Source: Octopus vulgaris
Taxonomy: Eukaryota
Reading direction: 5' to 3'
Assembly (NCBI GenBank): GCA_951406725.2
Contig: OX597828.1
Coordinates: 71,610,001 to 71,674,000 of the forward strand
Length of the DNA: 64,000 bases
Shown here: positions 1 to 10,142 of the stretch, in pieces
How the letters are laid out: every line of letters starts with the position of its first letter
How positions within the stretch are numbered: position 1 is the first letter of the stretch
Notes under the pieces: model-generated
The model's database searches: none
What the model was told of the DNA's origin: nothing
The model's input: the letters and a program-made list of their open reading frames with translations, nothing else
Made by a program: the position numbers and the translations under genes

Positions 1-1
1 T

Positions 2-34
<33 letters not shown>

Positions 35-609
35 ACATATATATATAAAATCTAAACAAAAAATGGAACAAGAAGGTAACAAGTGACAAAAAAACATTTG
101 GACTGTAGGTGATACAAAAAAGGACAGGAAAAAACAAGGATGGGTCATTCAGAGCTTTCAATCTTCAATCAAGAAGCAGATTGTCTTTGCAGTTTCGGAT
201 AGTTAATCTCGAGACTGCTGTAATCTGGCCGGCCCCAAGGAAATCTAAGCTAAGAGCACTAGATTCTTTGGAAGAAAGCAAGTAAGTGTTTGTGTATATA
301 TAATTATACACATTTGTGTATATGTGCACATGCGCTTGCCTGCGTATCTGTGTAATTTGATGATTTTGATATCGTTAGACATTTTATAATTTTCCGTTCT
401 GGTCGTCTGCTTATGACGAAGTATTATTTTTAATGTTTCGACTGCAATAATTTCAGACCCACCCCCACCATCAACCAAGAAAATTAAAATTAAAAGTGAT
501 AACCGTTGTCAAATTTGACAATTGCAAATAAAAATAAAACATTTTTTAGAATTTTCATTTTAATGGCTTTTCAAAAAAATGATTTTTCCTTTTTTTTTCT
601 TTTTTGCAG

Positions 610-729
610 AAAACATGTCAGGTGGGAAAACAAATCTATGCAATGGTGTCAAGATTTATTACCCAATTAAATGAGCAACCAGAACTCGATAAAAGCATTG
701 TGATAAAATCTTTGCAGGAAGCATCGGCA
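610..729 (+). CDS. Internal coding exon of host gene (KTCQVGKQIYAMVSRFITQLNEQPELDKSIVIKSLQEASA); gene begins upstream of the window
   Basis: Long polypyrimidine tract ending TTGCAG at 609; 120-nt open frame; GTAAGT donor at 730; phase 0/0. Confidence 0.8.
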
Positions 730-899
730 GTAAGTGATGGAACTCATTGTTTAACCTAATTCTTCCCTCATTATAGACATATTCAAAATTCCTGCATAAT
801 AAAACATAATTCCTGATTAATTAACGAGAAGTGCACGAAGCAGCGTTGATTGCCATATAGTGTGTACAAATATATTTCACATGCTCGTCTACTTTCAGA

Positions 900-1927
900 T
901 GTGTCAAATATAATTGTACACCTCCTACATTTCAATTAGCGTTGCTTAGTGTGTTTAATTAATTCCAAACTGACGAAGTTTTGCATTTATAAGCAAATTT
1001 AGTATTTGTTGTTTAAATACAAGAGCGGCTGTTCTTAGCAGTCTAGGAACAATGGATTCGGTGTTCATAGCTGATGAGGCTTAAGGATGCAGAAACACGT
1101 GTCATACAAATCTGTTGACGTCATTCTGTCCAGTATGATGTGTTTTTCACACACATCATCTATAAGAGCAATTTATTTCCCCAAATAATTTTAGCAGTGA
1201 AGGTCTCTCCACGTCTGAGTGTATTTGAATGTATCAAATACAATCGCATTATTGTACCCAGCTATATTTGAAAACATTGCTCTTTGATGTGCCTGTAGTT
1301 AATTGATTGCAGCTTCACTAAGCTTCGTACATTTGAGCAAATTTACTGTTTGCTTTTTAAATGTAAGAACAGTGTTGTTGTGTGATTGCAGGTGATGGAT
1401 TCAGCATCTGTAACTGATGAAGCATAACAATGCAGAAACACGTTGTATAGTCTAATGATCCCATTCATAGACCACGTTGTGTTTTTCACACACACACACA
1501 CACTGTCTATTAGGAAAATTTCTCTTCCAAGACAGTTTCTGTCCAAGGCCTGTCCAAGTGTATACAAGCATGTTAAATATAAATACACAGCTTTACTTTA
1601 ACCAATACTCCTTACTGTGTCTCTGGTTAATTAATTCCAGCTTAACTAAGCTTTGTACCCATCAGTAAATATAATATTTGCTGTTTAACTATAAGAACAG
1701 CAGTTGTTTCGTATGCTGTGAACGATGGGTCTGGCGTCTGTCGCCAATGAAGCGCATCAGTGCAGTAACTCGTTTCTTTCTGTCCAATGACGTCAGTCAC
1801 AACTCATTATGGTGTGTTTTTTTTACACACATCATGTGTATAAGGAGAATTTCTCTCCCAAGACAGTTTCCGCAGCAAAGGTCTGTCCATGTTCGAGTGA
1901 ACACGTGCGTGTTAAATATAATTGTGA
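900..1927 (+). repeat. Diverged tandem array of three ~330-340 bp units, each with a hammerhead-like core (retrozyme-like or Penelope-derived)
   Basis: A TGT..AAATA(T/C)AA anchor recurs at ~900, 1230, 1571 and 1910. Shared blocks: TTAATTAATTCCA, TGTTTTTCACACACA, CCAAGACAGTTTC. CTGATGA...GAAAC at 1071-1096 and 1414-1439. Confidence 0.85.
1065..1110 (+). ncRNA. Type I minimal hammerhead ribozyme motif (partly decayed)
   Basis: CTGATGA 1071-1077; short stem II region; GAAAC 1092-1096; palindromic ACGT loop; GTC cleavage triplet at 1101-1103. Stem I is poorly paired in this copy. Confidence 0.6.
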
Positions 1928-2240
1928 TCGCGTGATCGTGTGATCGACCAGACTGTCAGATGGTGTTATGCCTCGCTGGCCACAATGCACTTTGCATCAT
2001 TTATGGTTATGAATAATGCCACCCTGCTGGCTAGGTGAGCAGACCAACATTCCACCCACCCACCCACCACCGCGACTGGAAGGATATTCCGTCGTAGGGT
2101 GGCCCATGTACAGCTGAGTGGACTGGAGCAATGTGAAGTGAAGTGTTTTGCTCAAGAACACAATGCACCACTTGATCCAGGAATTGAACTCTCGATCAAT
2201 CACGCTATCGTGAGTGCAGCACCCTAACCACTGGGCCACT
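1926..2240 (-). mobile_element. tRNA-derived SINE (family D; second copy at 46472-46765)
   Basis: Minus-strand head with A box (GGCCCAGTGG) and B box (GAGTTCAATTCC); body shared with 46472-46765. Confidence 0.75.
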
Positions 2241-2347
2241 CCTGTATTATTTTTCATTAGTCTTTCTCCTTCTCCAATATGGCTTGTTGCAGGTGCAAAT
2301 GAAATATATAACCGAAGGGACGCAGACAGGTGCAAATACTTGGAGAT

Positions 2348-2351
2348 GAGA

Positions 2352-2418
<67 letters not shown>

Positions 2419-2598
2419 AGAGAGAAAGAGATAGTAAGAGAAACAGAAAGAGAGGGAGGAAGAGTGAGAAAGAGAGAAAGGGGGAGAGGGAGAGAGAAGA
2501 AGAGAAAGAGAGATAGACAGACAGAAAGAGAAAGATTGTAAGAGAGAAAGCGAGACAGAGATAGACAGACAGGATGAGAGAGAACGAAAGAGATAGTA

Positions 2599-2651
<53 letters not shown>

Positions 2652-2800
2652 AAGAGAAACAGACAGACAGAATGGGAAAGAGCGAAAGAGAGGAAGAGAG
2701 AGCTAGTAAGAGAGAGAGACAGAATGGGAGAGAGCAAAAGAGAGACAGTAAGAAAGAGATAGTGAGAGAGAGAGATTGAGATAGGGAGAGGGGAGAGGGG
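2348..2800. repeat. (GA)n-rich microsatellite
   Basis: Direct inspection. Confidence 0.95.
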
Positions 2801-2905
2801 GAAGGTTTTGTAGGAGGTTTTCAGCTATGTAATCTTACTTCATAATTCCTTGAGCAAGTTCTTCCATTCCAGTCAGCTGCTAAAATGTTATTCTTTTATC
2901 AACAG

Positions 2906-2986
2906 CTCTACACCAATGGCATAACGATCTACAAAGAAATCTCTCTCTATTCCCTCTTGAGGATAATGGAGAACAATTATGTTGTT
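2906..2986 (+). CDS. Internal coding exon (LYTNGITIYKEISLYSLLRIMENNYVV); TPR-like helix pair
   Basis: Acceptor TTATTCTTTTATCAACAG ending at 2905; 81-nt open frame; GTAAGT donor at 2987; phase 0/0, in frame with both neighbouring exons. Confidence 0.8.
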
Positions 2987-3083
2987 GTAAGTACAATCAT
3001 TTTGTTCACGACTTTCGGACATAGACAAATCTGTGGCTCACAGACCAGTGACGTCCATATAAATACGATATATAAATACTTAG

Positions 3084-3683
3084 AGGCGGCGAGCTGGCAG
3101 AAACGTTAGCACGCCGGGCGAAATGCGTAGCCATATTTCGTCTGCCGTTACATTCTGAGTTCAAATTCTGCTTAGGTCGACTTTGCCTTTCATCCTTTCG
3201 GGGTCGATGAATTAAGTACCAGTTACTCCCTGGGGTTGATGTAATTGACTTAATCCGTTTGTCTGTCCTTGTTTGTCCCCTCTGTGTGTAGCCCCTTGTG
3301 GGCAATAAAGAAATAGGTATTCAGTCCATCTTTACGTTCTGAGTTCAAATTCCGCCGAGGTCAACTTTGCCTTTCATCCTTTCGGGGTCGATAAATAAAG
3401 TACCAGTTACGCACTGGGGTCGATGTAATCGACCTCATCCATTTGTCTGTCCTTGTTTGTCCTCTCTGCGTGGAGCCCCTTGTGGGCAATAAAGAAATAG
3501 GTATTCAGTCCATCTTTACGTTCTGAGTTCAAATTCCGCCAAGGTCGACTTTGCCTTTCATCCTTTCAGGGTCGATAAATAAAGTACCAGTTACGCACTG
3601 GGGTCGATGTAATCAACTTAATCCGTTTGTGTGTCCTTGTTTGTCCCCTCTGTGTTTAGCCCCTTGTGGGTAGTAAAGAAATA
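3084..3683 (+). mobile_element. tRNA-derived SINE (family A) with its 3' ~182 bp triplicated in tandem
   Basis: Head GGCGGCGAGCTGGCAGAAACGTTAGC; B box GAGTTCAAATTC; core GCCTTTCATCCTTTCGGGGTCGATAAAT present three times; possible TSD ATATAAA(T/C)ACT. Confidence 0.9.
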
Positions 3684-3767
3684 TATATAAACACTGTGAT
3701 GGATGTGTGTAGAGGTGTTGTATAGACCGAGCTATCTATGTACATCTTATGTAGAACTGTAGTGCAT

Positions 3768-4090
3768 TGAAGGTGCGTGGCTTGTAGGTTTGGGAATTCG
3801 GCTGACAATCATAAGGCCGTGAGTTCGATTCCCAGTGGTGAGTTGTGTCCTTGATCAAGATATTTTATTTCACGTTGCTCCAGGCCACTTTGCTGGCAAA
3901 AACAAGTTGTACCTGTATTTCAAGGGACCGGCCTTCTCACATTCTGTGTCCTACTGAATCTCTCTGAGAACAACATCAAGGGTACGCGTGTCTGTGGAGT
4001 ATTCAACCACTTGAATGTTAATTTCATGAGCAAACTTTTCCGTTGATCGGATCAGCTGGGACACTCATCGTTGTAACTGACGGAGGGTCA
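3768..4090 (+). mobile_element. tRNA-derived SINE (family C)
   Basis: B box GAGTTCGATTCC; body matches the inverted copy at 17531-17808. Confidence 0.85.
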
Positions 4091-4137
4091 CATTTTTTTT
4101 AGACATTATATAGAAATGGGTGTGCATATAGATATCA

Positions 4138-4532
4138 TCCTTATATATAAAAGTGAAGTTATGTGTCTGTCTCCTATGATTTAGATTCCTATCTACTCCC
4201 ACATTTTGCGGTGCAGTGTAACCAAAAGCGGGTATCTTATAGTCGTGATTCATATCGAGCCCTTCTGGGTATTAGCGCGCATCTATGATGAGTCTACGAT
4301 TTAAAAAAAAAATTTACCATCATTTATTCCCATTTTTAATGCATTTTTTTGCTATTATATAAGGGAAGTAACTCTCAAAAATGTATTATTAAATCTCAGA
4401 ACGTAAAAAGCTACAGTAACACCCCCGTTTGTGGTTAGCCATATTGAGATGGCTATTATACTTTACATCTCTAAAAATGCTTATATAGTTATTTCCCTTA
4501 CAAACCCGAGCAACGCCGGGCGATACTGCTAG
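4138..4532 (+). mobile_element. Non-autonomous Helitron, copy 1
   Basis: A|TC 5' end; subterminal hairpin CCCGAGCAACGCCGGG (4505-4520); CTAG|T 3' end; no TSD; two more copies in the window. Confidence 0.9.
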
Positions 4533-4708
4533 TATATATATATTATACCTGTGATATGTAAATAATAACAAAACATAAAACAGTGATGTGTACAAAGATG
4601 TTATATTGATCTGAGGTATGTATGTAGATATTATATTAATGGTTACGTGTATATAAGTGCGATATCAGACTGTGGTGTGTATATAGACACACCACAGAAA
4701 TGGATGTA

Positions 4709-4838
4709 CATTATTTACATTATTTACATTTGACAGATATTTGTCCTCATCTTGTTTGTTGTTAACACAACGTTTTGGTTGATACACCCTCCAGCCTTCA
4801 TCGGGTGTCTTGGGTTCTATTCTTAAGGTATTTTTCAA

Positions 4839-4897
<59 letters not shown>

Positions 4898-5328
4898 TGT
4901 TGTGTCTGGGGAGAGTCATTTTCTTTTTGTGCCTTATTATGTAACACACTCACCTGTAAAATTTCCACTTTTTTCAAAAATAAAAATAAAAATAAAAATA
5001 AGAGAAAAGTGGAAATTTTACGTGTGAGTGTGTTACATAATAAGGCACAAAAAGAAAATGACTCTCCCCAGACACAACAGAATATGCTTCAACACACGAA
5101 CTCATATAAAGAATCTTGCAAACCAAATCCCAAAACGAAATTATTATTATTCAGACCACTGCCTGGAATTGAACTCGGAATCTTGGGGCTAGTAGCCTGC
5201 ACTCTTAACCACTACGCCATATGCCTGTGGTGTTAACAACAAACAAAATGAGGACAAATATCTGTCAAATGTAAATAATGTAAATAAAGTACATAATTCC
5301 CCACCTCTTAAATATAGAACTGTATTAT
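4709..5328 (-). mobile_element. Composite tRNA-headed element with hammerhead-bearing tail, inverted terminal segment and an inserted foldback
   Basis: 12-bp TSD AGAAATGGATGT at 4697-4708 and 5329-5340. tRNA-like head on - at ~5150-5225. Inverted copies at ~4710-4768 and ~5230-5290. Inner palindrome at ~4893-5083. Confidence 0.8.
4764..4809 (-). ncRNA. Decayed type I minimal hammerhead motif
   Basis: Minus strand reads GACAC-CCGATGA-A-GGCTGG-loop-TCAACC-AAAA-CGTT-GTGTT. Stem I has 5 bp and stem III is the ACGT palindrome. Three transitions restore CTGATGA, a full stem II and GAAA. Confidence 0.6.
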
Positions 5329-5691
5329 AGAAATGGATGTGTGTATAGATACTATGTAGAACTAGAGTGTATATCCATATGTGGTGTGTACATAGATATT
5401 ATATGCTCTACAGTTTGTACACAAATATGGTGAGTGTGTAGATATTTCGTAGACCTGTGATGTATTTATAGATATTTTATCCTTTTTTCTATAGGTACAA
5501 GGCATGAAATTTTGTGTGAGGGGTTCAATCATCTTCATTGATCCTAATACTCAACTGGTACTTATTTGGTGAGGGGGGTGGCTTATATATTTTGCTTAAG
5601 GATATCAATGATTTTAATGAAGCGAAGAGTTTTCAAATGTGAGTCGAAACCCCTGGGATGTATTTGGTCGAGTGAAGGTTTACCGCTGTAC

Positions 5692-6019
5692 TTGAGACCC
5701 CCTTCGGTCATGAATGACCATGGGATTGCACCTACATAGTTACCCTCCGAGGTACAAGTCTGGGCAGGGTTGTTTATGGAAAACCAGCAGTCGGCCATGC
5801 ATACCAGACTCCCCTCTCCATGCCACCAATGTTATCCAAAGGGGCCGATACATTTTGGCACCAGTGACGTCGCAGCTCATTTCTACAGCTGAGGGTACTG
5901 GAACAATGTGAAATAAAGTGTCTTGCTCAAGAACACAACACGCAGCCCTGTCCCAGAATCGAACTCACAACCTTACGATCATAAGCTCGATGCTTTAACG
6001 ACTGAGCCATGCGCCTTCA
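5692..6019 (-). mobile_element. tRNA-derived SINE (family E)
   Basis: Minus-strand head TGAAGGCGCATGGCTCAGT...GAGTTCGATTC; shares the TCTTGAGCAAGACACTTTATTTCAC block with family C. Confidence 0.75.
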
Positions 6020-7029
6020 CTGCTGTGATACAGCAGAGAGATTAATACTCTAATGGAGCAGAAGGTAAGAGAGGACGTATTAGTTTATTACAGATGAGAA
6101 TCTAATACAACAAAAGAGACAAATTACCTGTTAGTGGACGACAGCAAAGGACTTAGTGTTCACTTTTGTACCCATGGTGACGGAGAATTTATCGGTGTTT
6201 AGAAAGATGCAATATTTATATGGAATGGAGAAAGAAGAAGCTTTATTATGTTGGCAATTGAGGAAATTTTCGACTCTAATGAAAGTCTATTGAACATTTG
6301 CCACAAATTCTCTCTCTACACGACATCATATCGACTGCAAAAGAAAGTCTTCTGGCACGAAGGGAGGCGTGCTAGGAAATCACAGATAATCAAGGAAAAT
6401 TGTTAATTGGATGTAAATATCCGTAATGATGTTCTTCAGCGGAATCAAATCAGTTGAGGCGGCACCAAATCCGAATCTGTTTTGCAGATCAGCTGAAACA
6501 GCTTCTTGCTTAATTGATCCATTATTGCAATATTTTTGATAGCTCAATCAATCCTTCTAAATTGGACTTTGATTAATCTGACAAAGAAGGTGTCTTCTTG
6601 GCCCACTACCATCTTTATGTTCCAGTGAATCTCCTCCTCATTTACAGTCAAGCGTTGCACAGACTTTTGGCAAGTTGAATCAGTCATCCAGGTTCGAGTC
6701 TTAGTCCAGCCATTTTACCTCGCAAATCTGGAACTTCAGATCATAATAAATAGCTTACAGAGGGCTTAGCCCCATCCTGGATTATCTAACTTTTAATCAT
6801 TATCTTTTGTTGGTGTCCGGTGAAGCGTTATCAAACGTTTTTTCCTATACCAATTCCTGTTCCTCCAACCTGGCAGACTTCTGAGAATTATGAAGATATC
6901 ACAGAGAAACTCTAATCATGTCACTTCATTTACATTACTAATGCCTGCAAGAAAGGCATGAACATCACAAAATTCTGATTCCCTACCCCCCCACCCTGCT
7001 ACACAACTATACTTGTTATTGTTCTTATT

Positions 7030-7240
7030 AAGGTGGTAAGTTGGCAGAACCGTTAGCACATCGGGAAAGTGTTTCTTTTCTATCTTAACATTCTGAGTTC
7101 AAATTCCCGCCGAGACCAACTTTGCCTTTTAGCGTTCTGGGGTCGATAAAATAAAGTACCAGTTAAGACCTGGGATCAATGTAATCGAATTGCCTCTTTC
7201 CTCAAAATTGGTGGCTTTGTGCCTAAATCAAAAACCAATA
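7030..7240 (+). mobile_element. SINE family A, diverged (another copy at 7430-7640)
   Basis: GGCAGAA.CGTTAGC head, GAGTTCAAAT B box and GGGGTCGATAAAATAAAGTACC core. Confidence 0.75.
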
Positions 7241-7285
7241 TTCTTACAGAATTCTTTCATCTTATTTCTTTTTTTTATTTTGTAG

Positions 7286-7363
7286 GTCTACAAAGCTTTA
7301 GAAAGCAACGACACTGCACGAAAACTTTGCCTTCATGAGAAATTCTCCAATATCTTCCACTAA
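7286..7363 (+). CDS. Terminal coding exon (VYKALESNDTARKLCLHEKFSNIFH*)
   Basis: Acceptor CTTATTTCTTTTTTTTATTTTGTAG ending at 7285; phase 0; TAA at 7361-7363. The joined peptide EASALYTNGITIYKE...ENNYVVVYKAL resembles the TPR pattern EA..LY..AL.I......LNNLA.LY. Confidence 0.75.
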   Translation, partial: VYKALESNDTARKLCLHEKFSNIFH

Positions 7364-7644
7364 TTATAATCAAGCTGTCTTTGTAAAATAAGGAATTATT
7401 ATTATTATTATTATTCATTAATACTATTAAGGCAGCGAGCTGGCAGAATCGTTAGCGAACCAGGCAAAATGGTAGGGCAGTATTTCATTTGTGTTTACAT
7501 TCTGAGTTCAAGTGCTGCCTACTTTGACTCTGCCTTTCATCTTTTGGGGTCGATAAAATAAGTACTATCTGTGTGCTGGGGTCGATCTAATCAACTTACC
7601 CCTCCCCTGAACTTGCTGGCCATGTGCCAAAATTTGAAATCATC

Positions 7645-8690
7645 ATTATTGTTATTATTTCTTTTTATCACATGCGTAACGGTTGCATGCGTAACGGTTT
7701 TACTACCTGCAGCCAACGGTACCATGCCATTTGTTCTTTTCACCTCTCTAATACTTTCCTGATGATTCTGGCCATGCCAAGGAGGCAAACGTTTTGTAAC
7801 AGTTCTACTGGGCACTCTATTACAATTTTCTTTATATTCTCTTTGATGCCTTCTGACACTGTCCCCAGGGACCCAACAATAATTAACACTATCTTCACCT
7901 TCTTCATTCTCCGTAGCTGGGCTATTTCGTACTTAAAAGGGTTGTATTTATCTATATTTTTGCATCCCTTCTTCATGGGTCAAAGGGTCATGCAACATCG
8001 ACTAAATAGCACATGTGGTGCATCTTGTCGGCCACCAATAGGTCCGGTCTGTTACACTCTAGCACCTGATCTGTTTGGATTGGGAAATCCCGGAGGATTT
8101 TGCAAGTCTCCGACTCCACCACTCTGTGTGGTTTGTGCTCATACCACGTCTTGCCTCTCTCTAGCCCTCACTTTTCTCACAGTTTCCAATGTAGCACCTT
8201 CGCTACCTGATCATGTCACCACCACTTGTAGAAGTTCTGGGCAAGTCGAGGGCATTCGTTCGTGATATGAGCAGCAATGGTTTCGTCCACTCTATTACAG
8301 ATGCAGCACAGCAGATACACTTGCTCGTACCACAGGTTGACCCTCCAATTCGTGGCCAAAGCTTGGTCTTGCGCTGCCAGTATTGTACTCTCAGTCTGTT
8401 CTTTTAGTGTTCTTTTCTTCAGCCAATTCCACCTGTTTTCCAGCAACTTCCGCTGTGGCTGCATGGAATTGATTGTGTAGTTGTTTGTTGTCCAACGCTT
8501 TTTCATGTCCTTTTTGTACTTCTTCCTTTGTTTTTCCCCCTTTTCTCTGCTTTTAATACGTCCTCACATCTAACTGACGCTACTAAGGTCTCCTTACTTT
8601 GGGATACGAATCTTATTAAGTTTCCGAGTTAGATATGTACATAGTCTTCCATATTTATCAATTCCCTTCCTCCACCTGTTCTCTTCATGT
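7645..8690 (-). mobile_element. 5'-truncated, disrupted R4/Dong-like non-LTR retrotransposon (restriction-like endonuclease type)
   Basis: Minus-strand translation gives ILAAQDQAL, the CCHC knuckle CCIC...ETIAAHITNEC, the RLE motif DFPIQTD...NRPDLLVADK...LVDVA, and C-terminal VELLQNVCLLGMARIIRKVL; stops and frameshifts present; tail lies in (TAA)n. Confidence 0.85.
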
Positions 8691-8732
8691 ATTATTCTTC
8701 TTCTTCTTCTTCTTCTTCTTCTTCTTCTTCTT

Positions 8733-8799
<67 letters not shown>

Positions 8800-8805
<6 letters not shown>

Positions 8806-8980
8806 CTTCATAACACAGTGTAAGTAAAAATGCACCGGAGCCTTTAGTCACCTGTCAAGTCACAACAAGGACCTCACACAGATAATACTTTCCTTAAGAT
8901 GTGCGCTGTGTCCAATAAGGCCGCTTTTTGCAAGACATCAATCTTGCATGGGATTTCTAGTTGCCTTTAGAAGTCTTGTG
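8800..8980 (-). mobile_element. Short 3' end of a second R4/Dong-like family
   Basis: LQKAALLDTAHILRKVLSV* followed by a 3'UTR and (TAA)n. Confidence 0.75.
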
Positions 8981-9279
8981 AGTTATCATCATCATCATCA
9001 TTATCGTCGTAATCATCATTATTATTAAATGCCACTATTGTAAACAATATATTTTTTCTCCAATTTATCCATTTCTGAATAAAATTTAACGGTAAATGTA
9101 TATAAATTAGTCTTTAAGTTACCTTTTTGTATGCTGCTATGGATCTTCCCAAGTGGACAAGTTGCATATTGTTTATGTAATAAACACTAGACCAGTGGTT
9201 CCCACCCTGGGGTCCGCAAAGGTACTACTGGGGGTCCATGAATTGAACTCAAAATTTCATATATATATATATATATGTT

Positions 9280-9489
9280 CTTTTATTCCTTTATTTGTTT
9301 CAGTCATTTGACTGCGGCCATGCTGGAGCACCACCTTTAGTCGATCAAATCAACCCCAGGACTTATTCTATCAGTGTCTTTTTGCCGAACTGCTAGGTTA
9401 CGGGCGCATGAATACACCGACATCGGTTGTCAAGTGATGGCGGGGTGGGGGACAAATACACACAAATATATACATACATACATACATAA

Positions 9490-9524
<35 letters not shown>

Positions 9525-9695
9525 TACACACACGAGGGGCTTCTTTCAGTTTCCATCTACCAAATCCACTCACAAGGCTTTGGTCGGCCCTAGGCTATAG
9601 TAGAAGACACTTGCCCAAGGTGCCACGCAGTGGGACTGAACCCAGAACGATGTGGTTGGAAAGCAAGCTTCTTACCACACAGCCACTTCTGCGCC
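9280..9695 (-). mobile_element. tRNA-derived SINE family B, near full length
   Basis: Reverse complement of the 28543-28944 copy; B box GGTTCAGTCCC; internal microsatellite. Confidence 0.9.
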
Positions 9696-9952
9696 TATAT
9701 ACATACATACATACATACATACATAAGTGAATGTGTATTTGTAAGCCAATTTAATTTCTGCCAACACTGACTTTGAGTATGTAATTTCAGGCAATAACTC
9801 GGATTCCTTTTATTGAGCCTGGTCGCAGTTCATTTAATTTTGTACAGCGTCTGGTTGTCGTCTTAGAGGTGGTGACCAGTGTCAAAAAATATCATTCATA
9901 GCAGACGTTCTCTCAGGCTCAGAAGTTACAGACCGAGTTGTGATCTATGATA

Positions 9953-9988
<36 letters not shown>

Positions 9989-10038
9989 TGTATGTATGTA
10001 TGTATGTATGTATGTATGTATATGTATGTATGTATATG

Positions 10039-10070
<32 letters not shown>

Positions 10071-10142
10071 TATGTATATATATATGTATATATATATATA
10101 TATATGTATGTATATATATATATGTATGTCAGTGTAATATAT

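Noticed and set aside
5150-5225. tRNA gene (also other A/B-box heads)
   Set aside because: No closable acceptor stem or cloverleaf; each continues into a repeated SINE body.
610-7363. Gustatory-receptor-like C-terminus for the host gene
   Set aside because: No hydrophobic TM7 or TY...QF motif; the amphipathic pattern fits TPR better.
7624-8265. 213-aa + strand ORF
   Set aside because: It is the antisense shadow of the Dong-like element.
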